Assembly: GCA_963695335.1 (NCBI GenBank)
Contig: OY968764.1
Location: forward strand, 896,001 to 960,000
DNA: 64,000 nt
Source of the DNA: an uncultured bacterium
GTDB lineage: Bacteria; Babelota; Babeliae; Babelales; Vermiphilaceae
Direction: 5' to 3'
Shown: piece after piece, positions 49,660 through 64,000 of the stretch
How positions within the stretch are numbered: position 1 is the first letter of the stretch
How the letters are laid out: each line of letters starts with the position of its first letter
Position numbers and translations under genes: made by a program
Notes under the pieces: model-generated
What the model was told of the DNA's origin: nothing
Databases searched by the model: none
The model's input: the letters and a program-made list of their open reading frames with translations, nothing else

Positions 49660-51840
49660 ATGAAAGTAAACTATTTGTATATAATAACCATGATGTTAGG
49701 TATGACGCGTATGTATTGCTTAGAAGAAGCACCAAAAACATTAGAATCTTATAAAGAAGTAGCAACGCAATATATTTCAGGCTTATCTGATTTATATAAC
49801 AATCTTACGCCAGCAGAGCGTATTTTTGTTTATTATATGTATCGCGCAAGCTTGCCGGGCAATAAAATTGCGGCAGACCAGCGGCATAGAGATTCAGTAA
49901 TTATAACAGATGCATTTGAGCATATTATTACTCATGCACAAAAGCTTAGAAATGATCATGCTGACAATTTATCTTGTGATGTTGATCAATTTTTAAATGA
50001 GGCAAAAACATACTTGATCTATTTATGGACAAATCATGGGCAATATTTCTTGCGAGAACATGCCAATGAAAAGCGTACACCGGCAAAGCTTGAGCTTACT
50101 ACGTTGACACAAGACAATCTTATGCAAGTATTGCAGGCGCTTAATTATCCGGAAAGCGCAGAATTGCTTGACCGGGTAGCACAATCATTATTTGATACAC
50201 AGCACGAGTCTACCTGTTTAATAGCTAATAATATCCAAGCAAGTGCAGGTAATATCTATGCGGTAGATTTTACTGAAGATGATTATCAAGCATTGTCAGC
50301 TGCTGAACGCACCGGCGTTAATTCATATTTTTTTATTGATAGTAGCAGTGGCAACCGTATGCCCAAGGTGGAAAAATACAAAGTTGGTGGTAAGTATGGC
50401 AAAGAGTTAGATGTTGCATGTTATTGGTTAGAAAAAGCGGCTGAACATGCCAAAAAGCATCCTGAAAACTTTGATGCCAATTTAATTGAAAGTCTTGATC
50501 AACTCATTACGTTTTTCCATACAGGTGATGAAGATTATTTTAAAAAGCATTCTATCGCATGGTTAAAGAGCAATAGTCGTCTTGATTATTGCTTTGGATT
50601 TGTTGAAACCTATGATGATCCAAAATCGTATGTGGGATCATTTCAAGCAGATATTACTGTTAAAGCCGTAGATATGGATGTTTTAAACCGCTTGTTACCG
50701 CAACTTGAAAAACAGTTACCCTTTCCACAAGAATTTATGCGAGAAACGATAGATGATGTTTCTGCTATTCCTAATGCATCAATTAATAAAATCATATTCA
50801 GTTCAGGGCAACTGGGGCCATTACGTATTACAGCAGCATATTGTTTGCCAAATTATTCAGAAATCCGTTCGCAACATGGTTCAAAACAGATTATGTATCA
50901 ACCCGATAAAGGGATTAATGAAGTAGTTTCTCCTACATTATCGCGCATTTTATCTTATATTCCAGAACAAGCAGCTTGGCTTGCACAATATGATGCTGAT
51001 GGGCAACTGGGTAAAGATATGTGGGCTATTCACTGTATTTTACATGAAACGTTGGGTCACGGAAGTGGACGCCTTGCGATACATACATTCAAAGAAAGTG
51101 ACTCACTTACTATAGCTGGAACAACCTATGCAATTGGCGATACCATACCGGTGACCAGTGATAATTTACCAGAATTTTTGGCGGGTAATGAAGCAGCACT
51201 TGAAGAGTTGCGTGCGGAAATTATTGCGTTATACACAAGCATTGAGATGTTTGATGAGCTTGATAACGTTGGCCTTTATAAAGATTGGCCAGCAAAAATT
51301 GGTAAAGATAACGTTATAGAACAGCTGATTTTTGATATGGCCGCTACTGGGTTGCGGCGCTTATTGTCGCAAGACATTGAGCAAGTAGAGATCATGGGTG
51401 CTCATGCTTTGGCTAATATGACAATCATGAACTATCTGTGTGATGGTGGTGGGTTGCAACTGGTGCAAGAAGAGGTTGTAGTTGAGGATAATACGTATCA
51501 GGTACTTGGATTTAGAATTGCCGATATGCAAAAAACACTGGCAGATATTAAAGATCTTATGATTCAGGTGCAAACTATCAAATCAATGGGTGATGGTGTT
51601 GCGTGTGATAAGCTTATCAATACCTATGGACGGTATGTGCGCAATGTTGAACACGTTGCTCTTTTGCAAGCTAACCAGAAAACAATGGTTGGGGATCTGA
51701 AGGTAAGTGCACGCATTTACCCACGATTTGTGCCTATATTTAATGAAGACGAATCTATTGTAGATATTGCGGCAACATGGCCGAGTGATATTGTTGAGCA
51801 ATGGTTTGAGTTTAGACGTTTAGAGATGTCGCGCGAATAA
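49660..51840 (+). CDS. Dipeptidyl peptidase III (M49 family)
   Basis: GFVETYDDP, HETLGHGSG, EELRAE. Confidence 0.9.
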   Translation: MKVNYLYIITMMLGMTRMYCLEEAPKTLESYKEVATQYISGLSDLYNNLTPAERIFVYYMYRASLPGNKIAADQRHRDSVIITDAFEHIITHAQKLRNDHADNLSCDVDQFLNEAKTYLIYLWTNHGQYFLREHANEKRTPAKLELTTLTQDNLMQVLQALNYPESAELLDRVAQSLFDTQHESTCLIANNIQASAGNIYAVDFTEDDYQALSAAERTGVNSYFFIDSSSGNRMPKVEKYKVGGKYGKELDVACYWLEKAAEHAKKHPENFDANLIESLDQLITFFHTGDEDYFKKHSIAWLKSNSRLDYCFGFVETYDDPKSYVGSFQADITVKAVDMDVLNRLLPQLEKQLPFPQEFMRETIDDVSAIPNASINKIIFSSGQLGPLRITAAYCLPNYSEIRSQHGSKQIMYQPDKGINEVVSPTLSRILSYIPEQAAWLAQYDADGQLGKDMWAIHCILHETLGHGSGRLAIHTFKESDSLTIAGTTYAIGDTIPVTSDNLPEFLAGNEAALEELRAEIIALYTSIEMFDELDNVGLYKDWPAKIGKDNVIEQLIFDMAATGLRRLLSQDIEQVEIMGAHALANMTIMNYLCDGGGLQLVQEEVVVEDNTYQVLGFRIADMQKTLADIKDLMIQVQTIKSMGDGVACDKLINTYGRYVRNVEHVALLQANQKTMVGDLKVSARIYPRFVPIFNEDESIVDIAATWPSDIVEQWFEFRRLEMSRE

Positions 51841-51880
51841 AAAAAATGAGGTTCACCAAAAATGGTGAGCCTCATTTTTT
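51841..51880. terminator. Bidirectional terminator
   Basis: AAAAAATGAGGTTCACCA-AAAA-TGGTGAGCCTCATTTTTT. Confidence 0.85.
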
Positions 51881-51896
51881 TAGATTTTGTAAAAGA

Positions 51897-52310
51897 TTAC
51901 TCAGCTTTTTTAGCTGCAGCTCTTTTTACTCTCATTCTGCGTTTAGCTGGTTTTTTAGGTGCTTCTTCAGCGCCAAAAAGTCCTGCAAGAAGACCAACTT
52001 TTTTATGTCTTGCTTTTGCTCTTTTAGCTGGTTTACGTTTTGCAGCAGCTTTTCTTTTAGCTGGTTTTCTTTTAGCAGCAGCTTTTTTAGCCGGTTTGCG
52101 TTTAGCGCCTGCTTTTTTAGCTACTTTACGTTTAGCACCTGCTTTTTTAGCAGCTGGTTTACGTTTTTTTGCTGTAGCTTTTTTAGCTACTTTTCTTTTA
52201 GCTGCAGTTTTTTTAGCAGCTGGTTTACGTTTCGCAGCGGCTTTTTTAGCAGCTGGTTTACGTTTCGCAGTAACTTTTTTAGCAACTGCTTTCTTTTTCT
52301 TCATTACCAT
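51897..52310 (-). CDS. Histone H1-like (chlamydial Hc2-type) basic repeat protein
   Basis: AAGGAG RBS; tandem KRKPAAKK/KRKVAKKA repeats. Confidence 0.85.
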   Translation of the reverse strand: MVMKKKKAVAKKVTAKRKPAAKKAAAKRKPAAKKTAAKRKVAKKATAKKRKPAAKKAGAKRKVAKKAGAKRKPAKKAAAKRKPAKRKAAAKRKPAKRAKARHKKVGLLAGLFGAEEAPKKPAKRRMRVKRAAAKKAE

Positions 52311-52468
52311 AGCGAACTCCTTTTTTTTGGTTTTTTGAAACCTCATATACTTACTTCAATTTCAATTGTACAAAAAACTATTTTGTAAAATCAACAGACT
52401 GAATAAATATTTTTCAAAAAAGTTTAAAATTAAAAAAAATAAATCGTAAATTATTACAATTTTTTTAC

Positions 52469-53341
52469 TTAAATTGTAGGCTGGCAAAAATTAAGAAGAG
52501 ATTTTCCTTTTGCAGCACTAGCACGGCAATGAGGAAGATTATATTTTTTATAAAATGCATTAACAACCCATTGATATTTTTCACCATCGGAGCCCTGCAA
52601 GATTGCCGCGTGTTTGCCATGGTCAGTGACAAAAAGATACACATCTGTATGACCAGACTCAATCAATTTTTTATATACATTGATTGAAGTTGAAGCGGGA
52701 ACAAGATGATCTTCCTTTGAACAAATAATTAAAATAGGCATATCTTTTGGTATGGTTTCAAGACATTTTGCTGGACTTAAACCGTGACGAGAATATTTTT
52801 TAAATATGAATTCAGCGACGGTTTCTCCGTAGGAAACATCGAGCCAACCTAGATTTTTTTTTGCCATTAAACTTTCAATTACTTCCCCCATAGTGTAGTA
52901 GGGAGACTCAACAACAATAGCCTTGACGTGAGCGAGGTTATATAAACCAGCAAAGATCAATACGTTAGAAGCACCTCGAGACAGTCCCCAGAGAATAATA
53001 TCGCAAGCATCTTTTTTATAATGAGATAACGCTGTGTTATAAGCTTTATAAAGACGACCAATTTCATTTTCTTGGCCAAAACTCGTTTCATTATAGTTTA
53101 CGCGGTAGAACTTATTAGTAGCATCAGGATAATTAAAAGATATGAATGGCGTATGTATAAGATATCGGTCATTATGGTGTGTGCTGTTATGTTTTTCATA
53201 TGACTTAACGTATCCATGTACTTGTTTCCATGTATCAGCTATGCCATGAGAAAATATGGTAACAACTTTATTTCGACCAATAGTAGGTGATGAGAAAGCA
53301 AAAGCGAATAAAGAAAAGAAAGCTATATTTTTGATATTCAT
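52469..53341 (-). CDS. Secreted alpha/beta hydrolase
   Basis: Signal peptide; GLSRGA, EDHLVP, GKHA. Confidence 0.85.
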   Translation of the reverse strand: MNIKNIAFFSLFAFAFSSPTIGRNKVVTIFSHGIADTWKQVHGYVKSYEKHNSTHHNDRYLIHTPFISFNYPDATNKFYRVNYNETSFGQENEIGRLYKAYNTALSHYKKDACDIILWGLSRGASNVLIFAGLYNLAHVKAIVVESPYYTMGEVIESLMAKKNLGWLDVSYGETVAEFIFKKYSRHGLSPAKCLETIPKDMPILIICSKEDHLVPASTSINVYKKLIESGHTDVYLFVTDHGKHAAILQGSDGEKYQWVVNAFYKKYNLPHCRASAAKGKSLLNFCQPTI

Positions 53342-53480
53342 AATTATCCCCTTTAATTATAAAAATAGGCTTAAATGCCCATTAAAAGCTTCTATTCTGC
53401 GGTAGATTTTATAGTTTTTAGTCTATATACTATAATTCTAGCATGAAATGAATCAATATTAAATCACTAAGTGAGATTTT

Positions 53481-54902
53481 ATGAAAAAACTGCCTGATAT
53501 AAAGCAAGATTTCTCGGGTTGGTATAATGAAGTTATTTATGATTCTGAGCTGGTTGATCATGCTCCCGTTAAAGGATGTATGGTTATTCGTCCATATGGC
53601 TATGCTATTTGGGAACGTATTGTAGCTGTTCTTGATGATCGTATTAAAGCTACGGGCCACAAAAATGCAGCCTTTCCTCTTTTAATCCCAGAATCATTTC
53701 TAAAGCGTGAAGCTCAACATGTAGCTGGTTTTGCCCCCGAATTAGCAGTGGTTACACATGCTGGCGGCAAACAACTCGAAGAACCATTGGTAGTCAGACC
53801 CACTTCTGAGACTATTATTCATTACATGTTTGCTCGATGGATACAATCATGGCGTGATTTGCCTCTTAAAATTAATCAATGGTGTAGTGTAGTGCGTTGG
53901 GAAATGAGAACAAGACCTTTTTTGCGTACAACAGAATTTTTTTGGCAAGAAGGTCATACAGCCCATGAAACATATGATGAGGCTTATCAAGAAGTTGAAA
54001 CTATGTTGCAGGAATACGTAAAGCTTGCTCATAATTATCTTGCAGTACCAGTAATTACAGGGAATAAAACAGATAATGAAAAATTTCCTGGTGCTGAGAT
54101 AACCAAAACATTCGAGGCATTTATGCCAGATGGTAAAGCATTGCAAATGGGAACATCTCATTTACTTTCTCAGTCTTTTGCTCATGTTTTTGAAATGAAA
54201 TTTCAAGATCGGCAAGAAAAGCAGTCATTCCCATATTTAACAAGTTGGGGTACAACGACGCGCCTTATTGGTGCGCTTGTTATGACTCATGGTGACCAAA
54301 AAGGACTTGTGCTCCCACCACAAGTAGCTCCAATTCAAGTTGTTATCATTCCTATTTTTAAAGCTGGTATTGATAATTCAACTATTATTGCAGCAGCACG
54401 TAAAATTAAAGAAGACTTAGAAAAAGATTCTATTCGCGTATTTATTGATGATGAAGAAGGCAAAACGCCGGGTTCTAAATTTTTTAAATGGGAACTGAAA
54501 GGTGTTCCAGTTCGTATTGAGCTTGGGCCAAAAGATATAGAAAATAACCAAGCTGTGGTAGTTGAGCGTATTGAATCAGCAAAGCGTTTTATCGGGTTAT
54601 CTGATATCAAATACGAAGTTATTTCATTACTCAACACCATGCAAAGCAGTTTATTTGAAAGAGCTCAAGCACGTATGCATCATATGCGTCATACCGGTGA
54701 TGATTTGGCAGAATTTGGACCAAAACTAGAAAATGATGGAATATTTTATCAAACAAGTTGGTGTGGAAAATCTGAATGTGAAATGGAACTTAAAAATTAT
54801 AAAGCTAGTATTCGTTGTATTCTTGAAGGAAAAACGTTTGAGACTTGCTTTAATTGTAAACAAATAAGTAAATATGATGTTTTAGTTGCTCGATCATATT
54901 AG
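53481..54902 (+). CDS. proS: Proline--tRNA ligase (archaeal/eukaryotic-type)
   Basis: RPYGYAIWE, RPTSET, FLRTTEFFWQEGHT, SWGTTTR, C-terminal ARSY. Confidence 0.97.
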   Translation: MKKLPDIKQDFSGWYNEVIYDSELVDHAPVKGCMVIRPYGYAIWERIVAVLDDRIKATGHKNAAFPLLIPESFLKREAQHVAGFAPELAVVTHAGGKQLEEPLVVRPTSETIIHYMFARWIQSWRDLPLKINQWCSVVRWEMRTRPFLRTTEFFWQEGHTAHETYDEAYQEVETMLQEYVKLAHNYLAVPVITGNKTDNEKFPGAEITKTFEAFMPDGKALQMGTSHLLSQSFAHVFEMKFQDRQEKQSFPYLTSWGTTTRLIGALVMTHGDQKGLVLPPQVAPIQVVIIPIFKAGIDNSTIIAAARKIKEDLEKDSIRVFIDDEEGKTPGSKFFKWELKGVPVRIELGPKDIENNQAVVVERIESAKRFIGLSDIKYEVISLLNTMQSSLFERAQARMHHMRHTGDDLAEFGPKLENDGIFYQTSWCGKSECEMELKNYKASIRCILEGKTFETCFNCKQISKYDVLVARSY

Positions 54903-55022
54903 GTCAGCATTATTTTTATAAAAAAAGCCTGCCTTGGTTAAAACTTTGGCAGGCAATTATTTTCTCAAAATTTCTTATTCATTGAAATATATAAATAAAT
55001 CTAATAAAAAAGGGGTTTTAGT

Positions 55023-55928
55023 ATGGACGCAAAACAGATTCAAACAAAGTTTGAAGCGTATCTTTTAACGGAACAACGTGTGGCTACTAACACATTTTTT
55101 TCATATAAAAGAGATATTAATCAATTTATTGATTTTTTAGATAAAAATTCTATTGATATAAAAAGCCTTAATGGGGATAAACTTAAAGAATTTGTTCATT
55201 ATTTGTATGGACTTAAGCTTTCTGCTCGCAGTATTGCCCGAAAAATATCAACATTAAAGACTTTTTTTTCATATCTCAGCATTCATTTTGAGATAAAAAA
55301 TAGTGCAAAAGAGTTGCATATTCCAAAAATTGAAAAACGTTTACCAACATATCTTACGCAAGATGAAGTGACCCGTATTCTTGCATATTCAGAAAAAGAT
55401 AGATCTCATTTGGGGGTTCGTAACTCTATGATGATCTATTTATTGTATGCTTCCGGAATACGCGTGAGTGAACTTGTTAATATAAAAATATCTGATCTTC
55501 ATTTTGATACTAGTTTTATTTCTATTAATGGTAAAGGTGGAAAACAGCGTATGATTCCTTTGCCTCAATCAGTTATGGCATTATTACATAATTATTTTCA
55601 AATGCATGTAGGAACATCATCTACTGATTCAATTAAAAATTCATGTTATCTGTTTCCTATCCTTTATGGAAAAAAAATAAAACCAATTTCACGTCAATCT
55701 TGCTGGGCAATTTTAAAAAAAATATGCGAACAAGCTGGGATTAAACGGGTAATTTCACCACATCAGTTGCGCCATTCGTTTGCAACGCATATGCTTGAAA
55801 AAGGTGTTGATTTACGTTCACTGCAAGTGTTACTTGGGCATGAAGAAATTACAACCGTAGAAGTGTATACTCATGTTGAAACTTCACAGCTCAGAAAAAT
55901 ATATGATAAAAAGCATCCTCGATCATAA
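55023..55928 (+). CDS. xerD: Xer-type tyrosine recombinase (XerD/XerC)
   Basis: YASGIRVSE, GKGGKQR, SPHQLRHSFATH, LLGH, YTHV, HPRS. Confidence 0.8.
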   Translation: MDAKQIQTKFEAYLLTEQRVATNTFFSYKRDINQFIDFLDKNSIDIKSLNGDKLKEFVHYLYGLKLSARSIARKISTLKTFFSYLSIHFEIKNSAKELHIPKIEKRLPTYLTQDEVTRILAYSEKDRSHLGVRNSMMIYLLYASGIRVSELVNIKISDLHFDTSFISINGKGGKQRMIPLPQSVMALLHNYFQMHVGTSSTDSIKNSCYLFPILYGKKIKPISRQSCWAILKKICEQAGIKRVISPHQLRHSFATHMLEKGVDLRSLQVLLGHEEITTVEVYTHVETSQLRKIYDKKHPRS

Positions 55929-56006
55929 ATGTTTACATAACAAGCCTTTTTATTTTTGTAACGTAGGTTATACTAAAAAACATAGTTTGTTATAAGGATT
56001 TATTTA

Positions 56007-57143
56007 ATGAAAAATATATTTGTCGTAGAACAAAAACCATTGTTATCCATTTTGTCTTCAATGCAGCCTATTTGTACTAAGCGTACTACGCTTGATGCTA
56101 CCACAACAATTTTGTTTCATGTAAGTCATAGGGAATTGGTTTTAAAAAGTACTGATTTGGAGATTAGTTTACAAGCAAGTTATGTTCTTAAAGAATGCGA
56201 TATCACTGAACCACGTATGTTTTTGGTATCAGGACGTCGCCTTTTTGATTTAGTAAAAGAGTTAGAAGGTGATATTACGTTTGTTGTTGATGATAACAGT
56301 TTAGTAGTAAAATCAGGGCTTGTGAATGTTGTGCTTAATATTCAAGATGCTCATAATTTTCCTCCTTTTCCTGAGCGCATTGAAAATTTAATGCAATTAA
56401 ATGCACCATTTTTTCTAGAACTTCTTAATAAAGTTGCTTTTTTAATTCCGCAAAACAACGCTAATTCTTCTTTAAATGGTCTTTTGCTTGAAATATCTCC
56501 TTCAGAATTAAAAATGACTGCGAGCGATGGGCATTGCCTTGCGCAAGTGAAAACGACTCAATATGCCTTAGAAGAATCATGTAAATGGTTATTACCACGT
56601 AGGGCAGTGTTTGAAGTTAAAAAAATTTTAGAAAGCAGTACAGACAGTGCAATATTCCTTGGATTGTGCGGCAATCAATTAGTATTCTCTGGTGAATCAT
56701 TTAATTTCTTCTCAAAATTGTTGGTCGATGGGTTTCCGGCATATGCAGGAATTTTAGATAAAAAAGATTTTGTTCCAGCTCGTGTTGACCGTTCTCATTT
56801 TATCAAAACACTCCGTCGTTCGTCATGTTTGCTTTCTGGGCAGTTTATTGCAACATCATTTGCTTTTGGTTCGGAAAAGCTCAAAGTTTCATTACACAAT
56901 AAAGAAGTGGGTACATTAGAAGAAGAAGTGCCGCTTTTTGATTTTACTGGTTCCGAGTGTGATATTCGTTTCTATGCACCTTATTTGCTTAATGGATTAC
57001 AAGTTTTTCCTGGAGAACAAATTCAGTTTTATTTACAAGGCAGAGCAAAACCTATTATTTTTGATGCTCAAAATACAGCAGAAAACAGTGAATACACTAT
57101 GTTTTATCTTGTAATGCCAGTAGCACAAACTAATGGAAACTAA
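56007..57143 (+). CDS. dnaN: DNA polymerase III beta clamp
   Basis: STDLEI, ASDGHCLA, FPAY, LVMPV. Confidence 0.95.
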   Translation: MKNIFVVEQKPLLSILSSMQPICTKRTTLDATTTILFHVSHRELVLKSTDLEISLQASYVLKECDITEPRMFLVSGRRLFDLVKELEGDITFVVDDNSLVVKSGLVNVVLNIQDAHNFPPFPERIENLMQLNAPFFLELLNKVAFLIPQNNANSSLNGLLLEISPSELKMTASDGHCLAQVKTTQYALEESCKWLLPRRAVFEVKKILESSTDSAIFLGLCGNQLVFSGESFNFFSKLLVDGFPAYAGILDKKDFVPARVDRSHFIKTLRRSSCLLSGQFIATSFAFGSEKLKVSLHNKEVGTLEEEVPLFDFTGSECDIRFYAPYLLNGLQVFPGEQIQFYLQGRAKPIIFDAQNTAENSEYTMFYLVMPVAQTNGN

Positions 57144-58236
57144 ACAATTACAGGTAGCTTCTGTTTATCTTAAGAACTTTCGCTGTTTTGATCAGACGAC
57201 GATAGATCTTAATAGTCGTATTATTCTTATATATGGAGCAAATGGAACAGGTAAAACGTCCTTGCTAGAAGCATTATATTACGGATGTTATTTGCGTTCT
57301 TTTAGGACACATCTTTCTCGCGATTTGATAGCTGTAGGCAAGGATTCGTTTTTTGTAAAATTTGTGATACACAATGGGTTACAAGATAATGGTATTGATC
57401 ATACCATTCAAATAGGCTTTGCAAATAATAAACGTTTGGTTAAAGTTGATAATAAAACAACTGTTTCATACAAGGATCTTTTGTCTTATTATCGTGTAGT
57501 GAGCCTTACAGAAGATGATCTTAAATTAATACAAGATGGCCCTGAAGAACGAAGGGCCTTTGTGGATCAAGCATTATTACTCAATGATGCGGTATATGTT
57601 ACCAAAATGCGTGAATATCGGGTTGTCTTGGAACATCGTAATGCTCTTTTGCAACATGTCAACATAGATCAAGAAGCTTACTTTATTTGGACAAAGAAAT
57701 TGTGGGAATATACTACAGTTATCCAGCTTTTACGTAAGCAGTTTTTACAAGAAATGGAAATGTCTGTGAATCAGATGTTATGTGAATATATTGATAAAAA
57801 CCTTTTTTTATCTTTTACTTATCAGGCAAAAAAGGGCAGCGATGCCTCTTTTGACTCTTTTTGGCAAGCCCATCACATAGATCTTCTGCGCCAAGAGCTT
57901 CACTTTAAACGTACTCTATTTGGAGCCCATATTGATGATTTTTCGATAACTTTAGAAGGTAAGAGGTCTAGGGCCTATGCTTCTCGCGGACAGCAAAAAA
58001 TGATCGTTTTATTGGTTAAAATAGCCCAAATAAGGCAACTTTTACAAAAAAATGAGCCTGTAATCTTTATTTTAGATGATTTTATGACTGATTTTGACCT
58101 TGATCGGGGCAAAGCCTTATTATTGGCTCTTTTTGAGCTGAAATGTCAGCTTATTTTTACTTCCCCCCGCCTTGATAGTGCTTTTGAGAGCGTATTAAGA
58201 GCTGTCCAGACTGATTTTAAGACCATTTCTATGTGA
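57133..58236 (+). CDS. recF: DNA replication/repair protein RecF
   Basis: NFRC, GANGTGKTSLLEA, GPEERR, SRGQQK, ILDD. Confidence 0.95.
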   Translation: METKQLQVASVYLKNFRCFDQTTIDLNSRIILIYGANGTGKTSLLEALYYGCYLRSFRTHLSRDLIAVGKDSFFVKFVIHNGLQDNGIDHTIQIGFANNKRLVKVDNKTTVSYKDLLSYYRVVSLTEDDLKLIQDGPEERRAFVDQALLLNDAVYVTKMREYRVVLEHRNALLQHVNIDQEAYFIWTKKLWEYTTVIQLLRKQFLQEMEMSVNQMLCEYIDKNLFLSFTYQAKKGSDASFDSFWQAHHIDLLRQELHFKRTLFGAHIDDFSITLEGKRSRAYASRGQQKMIVLLVKIAQIRQLLQKNEPVIFILDDFMTDFDLDRGKALLLALFELKCQLIFTSPRLDSAFESVLRAVQTDFKTISM

Positions 58237-58386
58237 ATATTATGATCATTTCTCCTTAATATACCGCTATAAAATAATTAAAATTACTTTGACTTTTGTA
58301 ATTTAATGATTATTATTAGTATTAATAATGGCTTACAGAGACATACAAAAAACTTAATTTAGGCTTCATTACTACTCTCCTTTTTT

Positions 58387-58425
58387 CCACCGCCTTGATG
58401 TAACAATCAAGGCGGTGGTTTTTTT
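58387..58425 (+). terminator. Strong intrinsic terminator
   Basis: 13-bp stem CCACCGCCTTGAT/ATCAAGGCGGTGG followed by T7. Confidence 0.85.
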
Positions 58426-58480
58426 ATGAGTTTTTTAGTATCTTTTTTTTATGTTTTTCACATCTAAAAAAAGGATATTT

Positions 58481-59734
58481 ATGAAGCACTCTTATGTAAT
58501 TTCTATTCTGATCTATACTTTTGTCTTTTTTCATTGTTGCACAATTTCTCAGAATATTACCTTTAAAGATGAGCATGAATTCCTTTTAACCGTTGTTATT
58601 ATGGTTAAAGATGAAGTTGATGTTATAATTCCAACACTTAAACCGTTTGTTGATGCAGGAATCGATAGCTTTTTGGTGTATGACACAGGATCTACTGATG
58701 GAACACAAAAAGTAATACGTGAGTATTTTGATAGCCATGGCATTCAACATGCTTATATTATTGAAGAACCGTTTGTAGATTTTGCAACATCTCGCAATAG
58801 AGCATTGGATTTAACAGAACAAATTTTTGTTAATAATACGTTTATAGTAATGCTTGATGCTGAATGGTATACGCATAATGTTGCTGAGCTTATTGATTAC
58901 TGCAAAGTACATAAAAATTATATTGCACCTGGCTGTACAGGTAGCTGCTATCTTATGCATCTTTTAACTGTTGCAGACAATATTGATAATTATACACCAC
59001 GCTTGATACGCCGAGGTCATAATGTTCGTTACCGTGGAGTTGTGCATGAATCAATTTCGGACATTGCAAGTGGCATTGTGCCTGATTCTGTTTATTTTGA
59101 ATATCAACCGCAACAATATGGAAAAGATAAATCACATGCTCGTTGTTTTCGTGATTATGCTTTACTGAAAAAAAGCCTTGAAGATGATCCAACAAATTTA
59201 CGCACTTTGTTTTATCTTGGGCAAACGTGTCAATTTATGGATGATTGGGAACAGGCTATATTTTATTATCAAAAAAGATTGGATGCGGGAGAGCTAAGTG
59301 AAGAAAAATATTTAGCAGCCTATCGTATTGGTTGTGCAATTGAACATATTATAGCTGAATCATATAAAGATGGATCACCTTGCAAGTATACGGAGCAAGA
59401 TGCTGTGTATTATTTCTTACGAGCATATGGTATATGGCCATTGCGAGCGGAGCCACTTTTTAGAATAGCATGTCATTATATTCGTCACGGACAGCATGCC
59501 CTTGCCTATTTATTTGCATCTCGTGCTGTGCAATTGCCTTATCCGCCATGTAATACATTGTTTGTAGAAAATAGAGTTTATGATTATTTACGATATGATG
59601 TTTTGGGACAATGTGCATTGTATGTAGGAGAATACACGATAGGTAAAGAAGCTGTATTGTGTGCATTGCAAAGAGAACCAGAAAATGAATGCTCGCTTCA
59701 TAATTTAGCTCTTTATAACAGACGCCTTGCTTGA
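58481..59734 (+). CDS. GT2 glycosyltransferase with TPR repeats
   Basis: IMVKDE, DTGSTDGT, DFATSRNRAL, LDAE, GVVHE, RTLFYLGQT, RAEPL. Confidence 0.9.
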   Translation: MKHSYVISILIYTFVFFHCCTISQNITFKDEHEFLLTVVIMVKDEVDVIIPTLKPFVDAGIDSFLVYDTGSTDGTQKVIREYFDSHGIQHAYIIEEPFVDFATSRNRALDLTEQIFVNNTFIVMLDAEWYTHNVAELIDYCKVHKNYIAPGCTGSCYLMHLLTVADNIDNYTPRLIRRGHNVRYRGVVHESISDIASGIVPDSVYFEYQPQQYGKDKSHARCFRDYALLKKSLEDDPTNLRTLFYLGQTCQFMDDWEQAIFYYQKRLDAGELSEEKYLAAYRIGCAIEHIIAESYKDGSPCKYTEQDAVYYFLRAYGIWPLRAEPLFRIACHYIRHGQHALAYLFASRAVQLPYPPCNTLFVENRVYDYLRYDVLGQCALYVGEYTIGKEAVLCALQREPENECSLHNLALYNRRLA

Positions 59735-59752
59735 AAAAGTTTAAACTATAAC

Positions 59753-59791
59753 AAAAAGAGGAACCCATTATATAAATGAGTTCCTCTTTTT
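59753..59791. terminator. Bidirectional terminator
   Basis: AAAAAGAGGAACCCATT...AATGAGTTCCTCTTTTT. Confidence 0.75.
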
Positions 59792-59811
59792 ATGTTGTAG
59801 TTTGCGTATTG

Positions 59812-64000
<4,189 letters not shown>

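Noticed and set aside
51846..52388. Hydrophobic + strand ORFs (180 aa, 158 aa)
   Set aside because: Antisense shadows of the histone-like repeat gene
55023..55928. Prophage or island integrase
   Set aside because: Chromosomal Xer-like sequence between housekeeping genes; no att site or phage genes

Overview
AT-rich bacterial chromosomal segment. Its content points to an intracellular parasite of protists, most likely Candidatus Babelota/Dependentiae (TM6). This is an inference from ankyrin/F-box-like secreted proteins, archaeal/eukaryotic-type ProRS, HspR, CarD, a histone H1-like protein and eukaryote-type enzymes. Housekeeping genes include maf, hspR, ychF, dnaK, carD-miaA-SPOR-ppiD-recA-infC-rpmI-rplT-zapB-zapA-6S RNA-rny-ymdB, proS, a xer recombinase, dnaN and recF. 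They are interspersed with many signal-peptide-bearing putative effectors. Highlights: (1) two unlinked compact polymorphic-toxin loci (signal peptide - N-terminally disabled Hint domain - hydrophobic segment - variable nuclease-like tip - immunity gene(s)); (2) small palindromic repeats that nest into each other and insert in-frame into proteins; (3) a ~1 kb non-coding locus upstream of dnaK with GC-rich hairpins, a purine-skewed tract and AT-rich repeats; (4) a recurrent 'signal peptide then Met-Glu' N-terminus; (5) a catalytically dead GH1; (6) candidate sRNA and leader-peptide regulators. dnaK, recA, rny and ymdB carry frameshifts that are probably assembly errors. No rRNA, tRNA, CRISPR array or transposase was seen.
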